Part shown: positions 40,708 to 50,573 of the stretch, piece after piece
Layout of the letters: every line of letters starts with the position of its first letter
Position numbering within the stretch: the stretch's first letter is position 1
Assembly: GCA_041738985.1 (NCBI GenBank)
Contig: JBGSOR010000201.1
Location: forward strand, 1 to 62,005
Direction of reading: 5' to 3'
DNA from: Chromatiaceae bacterium
GTDB lineage: Bacteria > Pseudomonadota > Gammaproteobacteria > Chromatiales > Chromatiaceae
DNA: 62,005 bases
Position numbers and translations under genes: made by a program
The notes under the pieces: generated by a model
The model's input: only the letters and a program-made list of their open reading frames with translations
The model's database searches: none
Told to the model about the DNA's origin: nothing

Positions 40708-40756
40708 TGAGACAGGATGATCCGGGTGTCTTCCCGAGTTGGTCTATTCTGTCCAT
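40708..40756. promoter_or_regulatory. Putative enhancer (tandem 17-bp sites, 15-bp gap), copy 1
   Basis: TGAGACAGGATGATCCG-N15-TGGTCTATTCTGTCCAT. Confidence 0.6.
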
Positions 40757-41053
40757 CCTTGGCCGAGGGTCGATGTGGCGGTGGCAAATCTGTGGCAAGC
40801 GGTCCGCTTCGCGGGAGCGGCTCTGTGTGCGCCTGACAAACCGAAACGCAGGCGTCATCGTAGAAGGTGCCCGATCGAGATGCGGGGATGCCCACTGGGT
40901 GGGCGCGGCTACCGGCTTCCCTGCGGATAACGGCGGACGACCGACGGTCGATATGTGAGGCTGGAGCGCATACGCATCGAACGATGCGCCTGAGGGCAGG
41001 CGCGACCCGTTGCGTGTGGTGGCGCGACTGCCCGATGACGGGTTGCGAGGGCC

Positions 41054-41527
41054 TCAACCGGGTGTCGGCAGGAGGTCGCCATAGCGATAGACGAGCACCG
41101 GGATTGGGGAGTGCGTCAGGGTCCGCAGGGTCTCGCTGCCGAGGATCTTCGCCCTGATACCGGTTCGGCCATGGGAGGCCATGAAAATCAGATCGGCACC
41201 CGACAGAGCGGCAGCGTCCACGATCGCCTCGTAGGGGCTATTGCTCGCTGTCGAGACGGTATCGCATGGCACACCCGCATCCCGACACAAGGTCTCGATG
41301 TAGCTCAGATTCTTTTGGACTTCTTTGTCGATCTGCTGGTTAAACTGGTCCAACGGCGTCGAAGCCGTCTTTGCCTCTTCGCCGTAGAAATAGGCCGCCG
41401 CCAGATCCGGCTTGGCATGGTATGCAGTGATGCGCGCATCGAGCTGCTTGGCAAATTCGACCGCCTGGCGAGCGGTTTCCTGGGAGAGCGGCGAGCCGTC
41501 GGTTGGGACAATGAGGTGCTTGAACAT
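41054..41527 (-). CDS. Universal stress protein
   Basis: FKHLIVPTDGS, ADLIFMASHGRTG..LGSET..PVLVYR. Confidence 0.93.
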   Translation of the reverse strand: MFKHLIVPTDGSPLSQETARQAVEFAKQLDARITAYHAKPDLAAAYFYGEEAKTASTPLDQFNQQIDKEVQKNLSYIETLCRDAGVPCDTVSTASNSPYEAIVDAAALSGADLIFMASHGRTGIRAKILGSETLRTLTHSPIPVLVYRYGDLLPTPG

Positions 41528-41907
41528 GTCGGTCCATGCGCTTCAACGATGAAACCAAGGTTCATTGGGCACCTTGGTAAAGGGCCGGCTCGAGCCGCGA
41601 TGGCATTCCAACCTGCGCCAACGCGATCAACGGCGCGTGCCGTCATCCGCACGGGGCGCGGACTCTGAGCTTTTGAAGGGGGGAGTTGCCAGCGCCGTCG
41701 CTGTTCCCCGTCACTCATCTCGGGTTGGCAGGGGACGCCGGTGTACCGATGTGCCCGCGCCCAGACCCGAAATGGCGACAGCGGCGAGCCGCTACGACGT
41801 TAGGAGCACCAGACACGAGCACTAGCATGGACACCGGCGTACCGCCGCTTTGCCACTTGCCGTCGACGGCATGACCAATCCTTTGGCGCCCACCGCAACC
41901 GCGCCCT

Positions 41908-42381
41908 TCATCGGGGTGCATCCCCCCAGCGGTAGACCAACACGGGGATCTTCGAGTCCGTCAGCACCCGCTGAGTCTCGCTTCCGATCAATCGGGCCCT
42001 GAGGCCCTTGCGGCCGTGTGAGGCCATGAAGATGAGATCGGCACCACACTGAGATGCGGCATCGACGATGCCCTCGTGAGGGCTATCGGTCGGTGTCGTC
42101 ATGGTCTTGCACGGAACCCCGGTCTCGCGACAGAGATTGTCGACGAAATCCAGACTCGCGCGTGTCGCTGCATCCACCGCCTTCTCGAACTCCCCGCGGG
42201 TGGCCTCGTCGACGAGGTCGCCGTCGAAGATCGCCGCGGAGAAGGTCGTCGAGGTGATCTGCTCCCTCGCATGATAGGCGGTGATCTGGGCGCCGAGCTG
42301 TTTTGCCAGGGCGATTGCCGCCCGGCAAGTCTCTCGCGATAGGTCGGTCCCGTCGGTAGGAACCAGGATGTTCTTGAACAT
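41908..42381 (-). CDS. Universal stress protein
   Basis: FKNILVPTDG, ADLIFMASHGRKG..IGSET..PVLVYR; GGAGGGG RBS. Confidence 0.93.
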   Translation of the reverse strand: MFKNILVPTDGTDLSRETCRAAIALAKQLGAQITAYHAREQITSTTFSAAIFDGDLVDEATRGEFEKAVDAATRASLDFVDNLCRETGVPCKTMTTPTDSPHEGIVDAASQCGADLIFMASHGRKGLRARLIGSETQRVLTDSKIPVLVYRWGDAPR

Positions 42382-42406
42382 GGTCATTCCCCTCCGGTAT
42401 TGGTGG

Positions 42407-43771
42407 CTAGACATTGGCGATCGACAACGGTGAGCTGCGCCGTAGGTAGAAGTACCAGGTCATTAACAGCATCGTGATGTAACAGCCGAGGAAGAGCGTA
42501 AAGCCGCCGACAATGCCGAACATGGCGAAACTGCGCGGGATGAAGAAGGCCCCGAGCGACCCGATGGCCCCGGCGACGCCGATACAGCCACCGGCCAGGC
42601 GGCGTGCGGCGATCAGTTTGACTGGATCGAGCTTCCCGGTAGCATGATCCGTGGCACTCGCCCGGAAGGCCGCCGGAATCATGCGATACACGGTTCCGTT
42701 ACCCATGCCGGCGGCCACGAATAGCAGCATGAAGAGTCCGAAGAAGAGCGGAAAATTCAGCTGTTCCAGCGTCAGCACCAGACCGAGGCTCCCCAAGCAC
42801 ATGAGCGCGAAAACGATCATCGTCATGCGCGCCCCACCGTAGCGGTCCGCGAGCCAACCGCCGATCGGACGCACCAGTGCCCCGGTCAGGGCGCCGACAA
42901 AGACGATTTTCATCGACACCTCGGGAAATTCGGACCGCAACAGGGTCGCGAAGGTGTTGGCATAGCCGATATACGAGCCGAAGGTCCCAATGTACAGCCA
43001 GGAGATGATGAAGGTGTTCCGATCGGCTAGGGCTAGCCCGAAGCTCTTGATATCGGATCGAGCGGAGGTCAGGTTATTCATGTAAAAAAAAGCGCCCATT
43101 GCCGCGATGAGGCAGAGCGGGATGAAGATCAGGCCGGCTCGATCAAGCGCGAGGCCGCCAGCCGTGATGATCACGATCGGCACCGTGAACTGAACCCAGG
43201 CCACGCCCAGATTACCGCCAGAGGCATTGAGGCCGAGCGCGAACCCCTTCTCGCGCTCCGGGTAAAAGAAGGAGATGTTCACCATCGATGAGGTGAAGTT
43301 GCCGGCGCCCAGGCCCGCCAGGCTCGCGATGCCGATCAGCAGCCAGAAGGGGGTCGTCGGATCGCTGACCGCGTAGGCGAGTCCCGCCGCGGGCACCATC
43401 AGCAGCAGGGCCGAGGCGATGGTCCAGTTGCGCCCGCCTACCACGGGGACCGTGAAGGTGTAGAGGAAGCGCATCAGGGCGCCGGTAAGGCCCGGCGCGG
43501 CGATCAGCCAGAAGCGCTCATCGGCGGTAAAGGTGAAGCCGGCATCGGGCAAGCGGGGGACGACGATGCCCCACAAGCCCATCATCGCAAAACCGAGAAA
43601 CTCGGCGACCATGGACCAGATCAGGTTTCTGCGCGCGACTTTCTTACCAACGGAGCTCCACTGCGCTTCGTTCTCGGGGTTCCAATTAGTGATCCAGCGG
43701 CTCGGCTTGGTTTCCAGGTGCGAATCGGCGATGGATCCGCCGCTCGACAGGGGATCAGCGGTCGTGGACAT
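42407..43771 (-). CDS. narK: Nitrate/nitrite MFS transporter (NarK/NNP family)
   Basis: WNPEN..W..ARRNL, GALMRFLY, nitrate signature AGLGAGNFTSSM, YIGTFGSYIGY, RPIGGWLADR, GMGNGTVY. Confidence 0.92.
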   Translation of the reverse strand: MSTTADPLSSGGSIADSHLETKPSRWITNWNPENEAQWSSVGKKVARRNLIWSMVAEFLGFAMMGLWGIVVPRLPDAGFTFTADERFWLIAAPGLTGALMRFLYTFTVPVVGGRNWTIASALLLMVPAAGLAYAVSDPTTPFWLLIGIASLAGLGAGNFTSSMVNISFFYPEREKGFALGLNASGGNLGVAWVQFTVPIVIITAGGLALDRAGLIFIPLCLIAAMGAFFYMNNLTSARSDIKSFGLALADRNTFIISWLYIGTFGSYIGYANTFATLLRSEFPEVSMKIVFVGALTGALVRPIGGWLADRYGGARMTMIVFALMCLGSLGLVLTLEQLNFPLFFGLFMLLFVAAGMGNGTVYRMIPAAFRASATDHATGKLDPVKLIAARRLAGGCIGVAGAIGSLGAFFIPRSFAMFGIVGGFTLFLGCYITMLLMTWYFYLRRSSPLSIANV

Positions 43772-43862
43772 GAGATTTTCCTCCTAGCGTCAAAGGGCTA
43801 TTCGCAAGGGACGGGCGGAATGCCGCAGCGGCTTGCGCATGGCTTTGGATAAGGATGCGTCG

Positions 43863-44336
43863 TCAGTCGCTTGTGATCCTTTGAACGTTCGTTGTTCCGG
43901 AGCCGCGCGTGCCTGACTGTGCCTGTTCCTGCTGGAGCTCCGCGATCTCCTTTTTTAGGTTGGCAATCATCTGCTCGGCGTCCTCCAGTTGTCCCATGAA
44001 TGCCGCGATCTCGGTCCGGTAGGTCTGGTCCGTAGTCATTCGTTCGGCGATCTCCGCCCTCAGGTCGGTCGACTGTCGCTTGACCTGAGCGAGCGCCTGG
44101 ATTAGACGTGCTCCGCCCGCCTTGATCGCTAGCGACTGGTCGAGCGGTTCCCTGAGCCGGAGTATGAATGCGGTTCCGTCCTTGGCGTATTTCGATGTCG
44201 GCTCTCGGAAGAAATAGGTGTCGACCAAGAAATAGGCGGTGAGCGCGCAGGTGGCGGTCATCAAGGTGAACAGCGGGATCAGATTCGGACGCCATGGTAC
44301 GGAGCCGGATTGGGAAGCAAACGCGAGCTCGGGCAT
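43863..44336 (-). CDS. Membrane-anchored coiled-coil protein of unknown function
   Basis: GGAG RBS; TM segment LIPLFTLMTATCALTAYFLV then heptad-rich region; lies between sigma54 promoter and narK. Confidence 0.6.
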   Translation of the reverse strand: MPELAFASQSGSVPWRPNLIPLFTLMTATCALTAYFLVDTYFFREPTSKYAKDGTAFILRLREPLDQSLAIKAGGARLIQALAQVKRQSTDLRAEIAERMTTDQTYRTEIAAFMGQLEDAEQMIANLKKEIAELQQEQAQSGTRGSGTTNVQRITSD

Positions 44337-44468
44337 AACGATCTCCAGGTCAGGGCTGCAAGAGAGTTGGGGGTTCGCATAGACGACCCTGAGGGGCGCG
44401 CCTGTCATCTGCCGTCCGGTGATTGCCCCGGCGCTGGCAACCATGAATCCCCGGCGCGTTTATAATGA

Positions 44469-44484
44469 AGCACGAACTAGGCCA
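44469..44484 (-). promoter_or_regulatory. Sigma54 -24/-12 promoter of the narK-usp unit
   Basis: Minus strand TGGCCTAGTTCGTGCT. Confidence 0.7.
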
Positions 44485-44737
44485 CATTCGAACCGGGATG
44501 CGCAGACGCCCCAGGGCATGCGATGGCGTGGCGCTCGGACGAATGCGGACCAGGGTTGTGGCAGCCCGCCATAAACAATGCTAGAGGAACGGTATCGGCG
44601 AGAATTGAGCCTAGATCGCGGCGTGTGCGCCCTCGCCAGCGTCGAGCACCCTTGCGGCCTGGCTGCGTCCCGTGCGCTCGGTCGAGCGGGAATTCCGCCC
44701 CAGCACGGCGGTCTGCCGCCTCGGAAGCGATTCCAGT

Positions 44738-44786
44738 ATGGACAAAATGGCCTGAGCGCCGATCCGCGGCGAGACACTTTGTCGCA
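44738..44786. promoter_or_regulatory. Putative enhancer (tandem 17-bp sites, 15-bp gap), copy 2
   Basis: ATGGACAAAATGGCCTG-N15-CGAGACACTTTGTCGCA, about midway between divergent sigma54 promoters. Confidence 0.65.
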
Positions 44787-45020
44787 CCCGGGATCCCAGT
44801 CGACGGGGCCCCTGCGCTCGGAGCCTTTTGTGCGGGACTTCTGGGCGAGCCGCCCAGTCGAGGCCGATCCGGAATCCTCGCGAAAGAATCCGATTCGCTC
44901 ACAAAGGGCTCGTGGCCAAGCGCGCACAGGACCGCGTGTGCCTGGACTTGGAGCATCGACCGAAGCAGCATGTCATCTCGTCCAGCTTGGGCACCCAGCC
45001 GGAAGTCCCGGCCGCCAACT

Positions 45021-45036
45021 TGGCCCATAGTTTGCT
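45021..45036 (+). promoter_or_regulatory. Sigma54 -24/-12 promoter of the DUF59-moaB-moeA-moaD unit
   Basis: TGGCCCATAGTTTGCT. Confidence 0.75.
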
Positions 45037-45249
45037 GTTGCCCAGACGTCCGAACCCCGACCTCCCGACAGGGAGCTGGCTCGGACCCCATTAGTATCGA
45101 ACACGCCACGATCTGAGTGTACTTGTGCCACTCATCGAGGTCTCGAGTTTCCGGAATCGCGATGCGGCGACCCGCTCGCGCCGAGCCGACCCTGATCCGG
45201 GGGTCGCGTCCCGGGCACGATGGTCCCGAACGATCCATAGGGGGAAGCG

Positions 45250-46098
45250 ATGGCGCCAATGAAGCCTGAAGAAGTGAAAGAGCTCTTGCGGCAGGTTCGA
45301 TTGCCCGGTCGCCAACGCGATATCGTGGCACTGGGGTTCGTCAAGAGCATCGCGGTGCAGGGTACTTGCATCGAAGTCGAGCTCACGCCCGACACGATCA
45401 ACGTCGCGAAGGTGACGGCCATGGAGGACGAGGTTCGCGGCTTATTGCGTCAGGCGGAATTCGAGACGATCGAGATCCACTCGGAGCCGCCCTACGACGA
45501 CGACTCCATGCTGCTTGGCGGCGCCTCCGTGAACCCGCTCCAGGTGGATCTGCGCGAGTATGGGCTCGATCCTACTCCCGACCCCGACGGGGGTGGGGCC
45601 CCACACATCAAGGATCTGTTGGCCGGCGTTGGCGCTAAGGAACCCATCCCGACGGCACCGACGGAGGCCCCGGCGGCGATGGAGATGGCCGCACTCGAGG
45701 GACCTCAGGGGAACAGCGATCCGGCCTACGATGGGTCATTGGCCGTCTTTCAATGGCAGGTCGATCCCGATGCTCAGGACGCCGAAACCTACAAGACCAA
45801 GCTCAGCATCGGCAATTGGAACTTCGTCGTGTGGTGGGTGGTTCATTCCGGGGAAGACCTCGTCTATGCCTCGATCCACGCCAGGCATTGGATCTACTAT
45901 GACGGCAAGGCCCGCCCGAATCCGGCGGGGCGGACCGAGGGCGTCAACCTGGTCTTCGATCGCGCGCGAGAGGGTGTCGTTGCGATCTACGGCACGGTGA
46001 AAGACTTCCGCCCCTTTGTGGATGCCTTCCACCGCGCCTACGAGGGCGTGTCAGGCGAACGCGTGGATGCGCAATCCAGCGAAGAGGTGGTCGCGTGA
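45250..46098 (+). CDS. DUF59/Fe-S assembly domain fused to unknown C-terminal domain (paralog B)
   Basis: VKELLRQVRLPGRQRDIVALGFV; shares PLQ, QW..DP, GR.E.VNLV.D and VVAIYGTV.DFRPFV.AF..AY with 39483..40367. Confidence 0.8.
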   Translation: MAPMKPEEVKELLRQVRLPGRQRDIVALGFVKSIAVQGTCIEVELTPDTINVAKVTAMEDEVRGLLRQAEFETIEIHSEPPYDDDSMLLGGASVNPLQVDLREYGLDPTPDPDGGGAPHIKDLLAGVGAKEPIPTAPTEAPAAMEMAALEGPQGNSDPAYDGSLAVFQWQVDPDAQDAETYKTKLSIGNWNFVVWWVVHSGEDLVYASIHARHWIYYDGKARPNPAGRTEGVNLVFDRAREGVVAIYGTVKDFRPFVDAFHRAYEGVSGERVDAQSSEEVVA

Positions 46099-46134
46099 CC
46101 CTGGAATCTCGCCTGGTCGGATGCGAGTAAGCCT

Positions 46135-46666
46135 ATGACTACACATTTCACCGATCAGGGCTTTGTGCCCCTCGCCATCGCCATCCTGACTGTGTCGGAC
46201 ACCCGGGGGGAGGCGGAGGACAGCTCCGGCCACTTGCTCAGGACCCGGGTTGAAGAGGCCGGTCAACCGGGTCGCCGCCAAGGAGATCGTGCACGACGAC
46301 ATCTATCAGCTGCGGGCGATCTTTTCCCGCTGGATCGCGGACCCGGAGATTCAGGCGATCCTGAGCACCGGCGGCACCGGCCTGACAGGCCGTGACAGCA
46401 CCACCGAGGCGGTAGCACTGCTGCTAGACAAGCAGGTGGAGGGGTTCGGCGAGCTGTTTCGCCAGGTCTCGTTCGCCGAAATCGGTACGTCCACCGTCCA
46501 GTCCCGCGCCTTCGCCGGCCTTGCCAACGGTACCTTTGTCTTCTGCCTGCCAGGCTCCACCGGGGCCTGCCAGACGGCCTGGGACCAGATTCTCCGCAGC
46601 CAGCTCGACTCCCGCACCCGCCCATGCAACTTCGCCCAACTGATCCCGCGTCTGCGCGAGCAGTGA
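46135..46666 (+). pseudogene. moaB: Molybdenum cofactor biosynthesis protein B, frameshifted
   Basis: IAILTVSDTR..DSSG in frame of 46135; TGGTGLTGRD, GFGELFR, LPGS in frame of 46250; deleting one A at 46265-46266 joins them (EAGHRVAA). Confidence 0.85.
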
Positions 46667-46685
46667 CACGGTCTCGAGAAAATCG

Positions 46686-47951
46686 ATGAGCTCGACGACG
46701 AGCCGCGACGGGCACTGCTGTCCGGACTCCGTGTCCCGGCCCCCGCTCAACAAGCAGGACGCGTTGAACCTCCTGCTAGGCAACGTTCATCCAGTCATCG
46801 GCAGCGAGACGGTCCCTACCGACCAAGGGCTTGGCCGGGTGCTCGCCGCGCCCGTGATCGGCACGGTCGATGTTCCTGCTTGGGATAACAGCGCTATGGA
46901 CGGGTACGCCATCCGCTGCGCCGACGTTGCCTTAGGCCCCGCTCGCCTACGGGTCGCCCAGCGCATCCCGGCGGGATCGATGGGCCAACCGCTGGAGCCC
47001 GGGACAGCCGCCCGAATCTTCACCGGGGCACCTATTCCGACGGGAGCGGATGCGGTCGAGATCCAAGAGCGTTGCGAGCGGGATGGCGATTGGGTCGAGA
47101 TTCCGGCCCGCGTGGCCCCCGGCCTCAACATTCGCCGCGCGGGCGAGGACATCGGCTCGGGTGCCGAGGCGATCGCCCGCGGCACCCGTCTGCGGGCCCA
47201 ACATCTGGGTCTCGCGGCCTCGGTCGGGGCTGCGGCGCTTCAGGTCTATCGGCGGGTACGGGTCGCGATGTTCGTCACTGGCGATGAGCTTGCGACGCCC
47301 GGCGTGCCGCTGGGACCGGGCCAGATCTACAACTCGAACCGGTTCACCCTGAACGGCCTGCTTCAAGGCCTGGGTTGCGAGGTCGTCGACCTGGGGACGG
47401 TTCCTGACACTCTGATCGGGACCATGGACGCTTTGGCCCGCGGAGCGGAGGTTGCGGACCTGATCTTGGCCAGCGGCGGGGTTTCGGTGGGGGAGGAGGA
47501 CCACGTGAAACCGGCCGTCGAGCGGCTCGGCGCCCTGGATCTGTGGAGCGTCGCCATCCGTCCGGGCAAGCCTCTCGCCTTCGGCCAAGTGGCGGGTACG
47601 CCCTTCCTCGGTAGCCCAGGGAATCCGGTCTCCCTGTTCGTGACGTTCCTATTGTTCGCGCGACCCTTGCTGCTGCGCATGCAGGGCGTTGCCGGGGACC
47701 TGGAGCCGCTGAGTCTCAAGGTCCGAGCGGGTTTCGATTGGCCGCACCCCGATCGCCGTCGGGAATTCTTGCGCGGCCGGCTGGAGCTTGGGCCAGATCG
47801 CGAATGGGAGGTCCGAGTCCACCCCTCCCGTTCTGCGGGCGCGCTCTCCTCCGCCGCTTGGGCGGATGGCCTGGTGGAGATTCCGGAGGGGCGCACCATC
47901 GCCCGCGGGGACCCCGTCGATTACATCCCCTTCTCAGGGCTCCTATCGTGA
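46686..47951 (+). CDS. moeA: Molybdopterin molybdotransferase MoeA
   Basis: NSAMDGYA, RIFTGAPIP.GAD, TGDEL, YNSN, SGGVSVGEED, RPGKPL, PGNPVS. Confidence 0.95.
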   Translation: MSSTTSRDGHCCPDSVSRPPLNKQDALNLLLGNVHPVIGSETVPTDQGLGRVLAAPVIGTVDVPAWDNSAMDGYAIRCADVALGPARLRVAQRIPAGSMGQPLEPGTAARIFTGAPIPTGADAVEIQERCERDGDWVEIPARVAPGLNIRRAGEDIGSGAEAIARGTRLRAQHLGLAASVGAAALQVYRRVRVAMFVTGDELATPGVPLGPGQIYNSNRFTLNGLLQGLGCEVVDLGTVPDTLIGTMDALARGAEVADLILASGGVSVGEEDHVKPAVERLGALDLWSVAIRPGKPLAFGQVAGTPFLGSPGNPVSLFVTFLLFARPLLLRMQGVAGDLEPLSLKVRAGFDWPHPDRRREFLRGRLELGPDREWEVRVHPSRSAGALSSAAWADGLVEIPEGRTIARGDPVDYIPFSGLLS

Positions 47952-48071
47952 AATCGCGACCGCCCGGCCACCGTTCCCGCGGCTTGCGGGCTTGTTCCCC
48001 CGTTTCAGGTCCGAACGCGCGAGGGGCGGTCGCGGTCGGATCTGCCCCCCGGTCACGAACCAATTAGACCG

Positions 48072-48326
48072 ATGATCCGAATACTCTATTTCGCCCGCCT
48101 GCGGGAGACTCTCGGGTGCGACGGCGAGCAGCTCGCCCCTCCGCCTGGGGTCGCGACCGTGGCCGACTTGATCGAGCATTTGCGCGACCGCGGCGGAGTC
48201 TGGGCCTGGGCGCTGGGACCGGAGCACCGGTTGATGGTCGCCGTCGATCACCAGCTGGCGCGCCCCGAGACCCAGATCCAAGGTGCCGATGAGGTAGCCC
48301 TGTTCCCGCCCGTCACCGGCGGCTGA
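48072..48326 (+). CDS. moaD: Molybdopterin synthase sulfur carrier subunit
   Basis: ILYFARLRE, DEVALFPPVTGG C-terminal di-Gly. Confidence 0.93.
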   Translation: MIRILYFARLRETLGCDGEQLAPPPGVATVADLIEHLRDRGGVWAWALGPEHRLMVAVDHQLARPETQIQGADEVALFPPVTGG

Positions 48327-48964
48327 GGCCGACCGTCTATCCCGGATCCACCCCCATTGACTATGGGATAGGAGCCCGCCTCGTTGCATGCGAGTCCACC
48401 CAGTGAGTGCGGCGGCCTGCGGCTTAGACGCAATTTGAGCCCGTCCTACCACGGCGACACGGCCTTAGGCGTGGTTGAACGTCACCATAAGCGTCCTGGG
48501 TAACTGCGGTAAATCTTCGCTACGCTTCAGTCTCAGGACAACAACCTCCGCTTTCTCCGACAGTGCGCCCCCCGTGGCTGCCCCGATCGAGCCGTAGGTA
48601 CAGGTTGTCCAAGCGCCGTGCAGCTGTCCAAGTTACACGTTATCGACGTCTGGGTCGTTAGTATCGATGATGTAGATATTAAAGGCCAAAAACTTTCGTT
48701 TGTCATGGCACAAACGGAATCGCTATCCTAACCATTGAAAGGACAGGAGACTTCCAACAAATCAATGACAGGATTAGCGTCGTTCGTCAGCGATAGTGCA
48801 ACCGCTGGCGACCGATCTCTGGAGCTTGCCGAGGGACCGATGCCGTCGCGTCCCATCGTGCTTCCATCCGGTCAGAGCCCGGCAAGAGACGCTGGAACCC
48901 TGCGACCCAGATCGCAGCGCTGCACCCAAAACGATAGCGACTACCACCGAAAGAGGAGCAACGC

Positions 48965-50392
48965 ATGATTTCCCCAGCTCTTGGAGTCGGCAATGGCCAC
49001 GAAGATAACCAGGTTGCGTCCCCAGACGACGTTAGCGACACACTTCTCGTCGTCGGGGGCGAGCCAGAGATGCGAAACTACCTGGCGCGCTCCCTTCGCC
49101 CGCATTTTGCCCAAATAGTTTGCGCAAGCGACGCCGTCGAGGCGCGGGCAATCGCCCAGCGTTCCCGTATCGACTTCCTGATCGCCGACTTAGGTCTATC
49201 GGGTCCTGCCAGCGGGCCGACGCTGGCGCGCGAGCTACGCGAACAAAGCGATGTGGACCTGGATGCCGTCTATATCAGCGGCCTTGCGGACCTGGATGCC
49301 GCGATCGACGGACTTCGCGACATCGCCGCGGATATCCTTAGAAAGCCCTTCCACATCGAGCAGCTCGTTGCCCACATCGAACGCGCAAAGGACCGCCGCC
49401 GTACCGCTCGCGAGAACTTTCTGCTGCAGCGGGAGAGCAATCCGCGCCCTGCTTCGGAAAGTATCGTCGGCGAGAGCGAGCCGGTGAAGGAGATCTGGCG
49501 CACGATCAAAATGATTGCGCCTATGCCATCCACGGTGCTGATCAAGGGCGAAACGGGTACAGGCAAGGAGTTAGTCGCCAGGGCGCTGCACGAGCTGAGC
49601 GGCCGTCGTGGATGCTATGTACCTGTCAACTGTGGAGCCATCTCTTCCGATCTGATCGAGGGTGAGCTGTTCGGCCATCTCAAGGGCGCATTCACGGGTG
49701 CCCATCAGGCTCGCACCGGGCTATTCGGGCATGCCGATGGAGGGACCTTGTTTCTGGACGAGATCGGAGAGATGCCGCTTGCGATGCAGGCTAAGCTCCT
49801 GCGGGTGTTGGAGGAAAGGAGCTATCGGCCAGTCGGCGGTAACAAAGAGATCCCGGTCAATGCCCGAGTGATCGCCGCGACGAACCGCGAGCTGCCTGCC
49901 GAGGTGCTGGCAGGCCGATTTCGCAAAGATCTCTATTACCGGATCAACGTGATCGAGCTCCGGTTACCGCCCTTGCGTGAACGCCAAAGCGATATACCGC
50001 GCATGGCACGCCATTTTCTCGAGGTCCTATCCGCCGAGCTGGGGCTACCGAACCCAGGTCTCACCGCCTGGGACCGGGAGCAGCTGATCGCCTATGATTG
50101 GCCTGGAAACTGCCGGGAGCTTCGCAATGTCATCGAACGGTCGCTGCTCCTGGGGAAACCTGTGTCTCATTACCTGGCACTATCGGATACCCAAGCGCCA
50201 ACCGTCCCGGCTGAGCGGCCGGCAAATCCGCACTCCTTGGAGCATATGGAACGTTCCCATATCATGAGCGCCCTAGCCGCCGCCGATGGCAACAAGTCCG
50301 TGGCGGCACGTACCTTGGGCGTATCGCGGAAGACAATCGAGCGCAAACTCAAGGAATGGGGCGATCCGTGCCGCGCGGTCGTTGCGGATTGA
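48965..50392 (+). CDS. Sigma54-dependent activator (receiver-AAA+-Fis HTH)
   Basis: [43 protein letters not shown]-terminal HTH; receiver with VVGGE in place of the acidic pair. Confidence 0.92.
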   Translation: MISPALGVGNGHEDNQVASPDDVSDTLLVVGGEPEMRNYLARSLRPHFAQIVCASDAVEARAIAQRSRIDFLIADLGLSGPASGPTLARELREQSDVDLDAVYISGLADLDAAIDGLRDIAADILRKPFHIEQLVAHIERAKDRRRTARENFLLQRESNPRPASESIVGESEPVKEIWRTIKMIAPMPSTVLIKGETGTGKELVARALHELSGRRGCYVPVNCGAISSDLIEGELFGHLKGAFTGAHQARTGLFGHADGGTLFLDEIGEMPLAMQAKLLRVLEERSYRPVGGNKEIPVNARVIAATNRELPAEVLAGRFRKDLYYRINVIELRLPPLRERQSDIPRMARHFLEVLSAELGLPNPGLTAWDREQLIAYDWPGNCRELRNVIERSLLLGKPVSHYLALSDTQAPTVPAERPANPHSLEHMERSHIMSALAAADGNKSVAARTLGVSRKTIERKLKEWGDPCRAVVAD

Positions 50393-50573
50393 TTGGAGAG
50401 ACGCGCGGCCAGATACCGGCTCGGTGTTGGCCCTGCTCGGCGCTTGGCATGACGAGCAGGGTCGGTGCCGATCCTGCTTCTGACAGCGCGATACGGATCG
50501 CTCGGCGGCGCCTGCCGCGCATCGTCTCCAATCGACCCGCGCGTCCCTTCGGTCAGACGACTCACAGCCCGAT

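Noticed and set aside
48700-48730. Sigma54 promoter for the activator (TGGCAC...)
   Set aside because: No GC at the required N10 spacing
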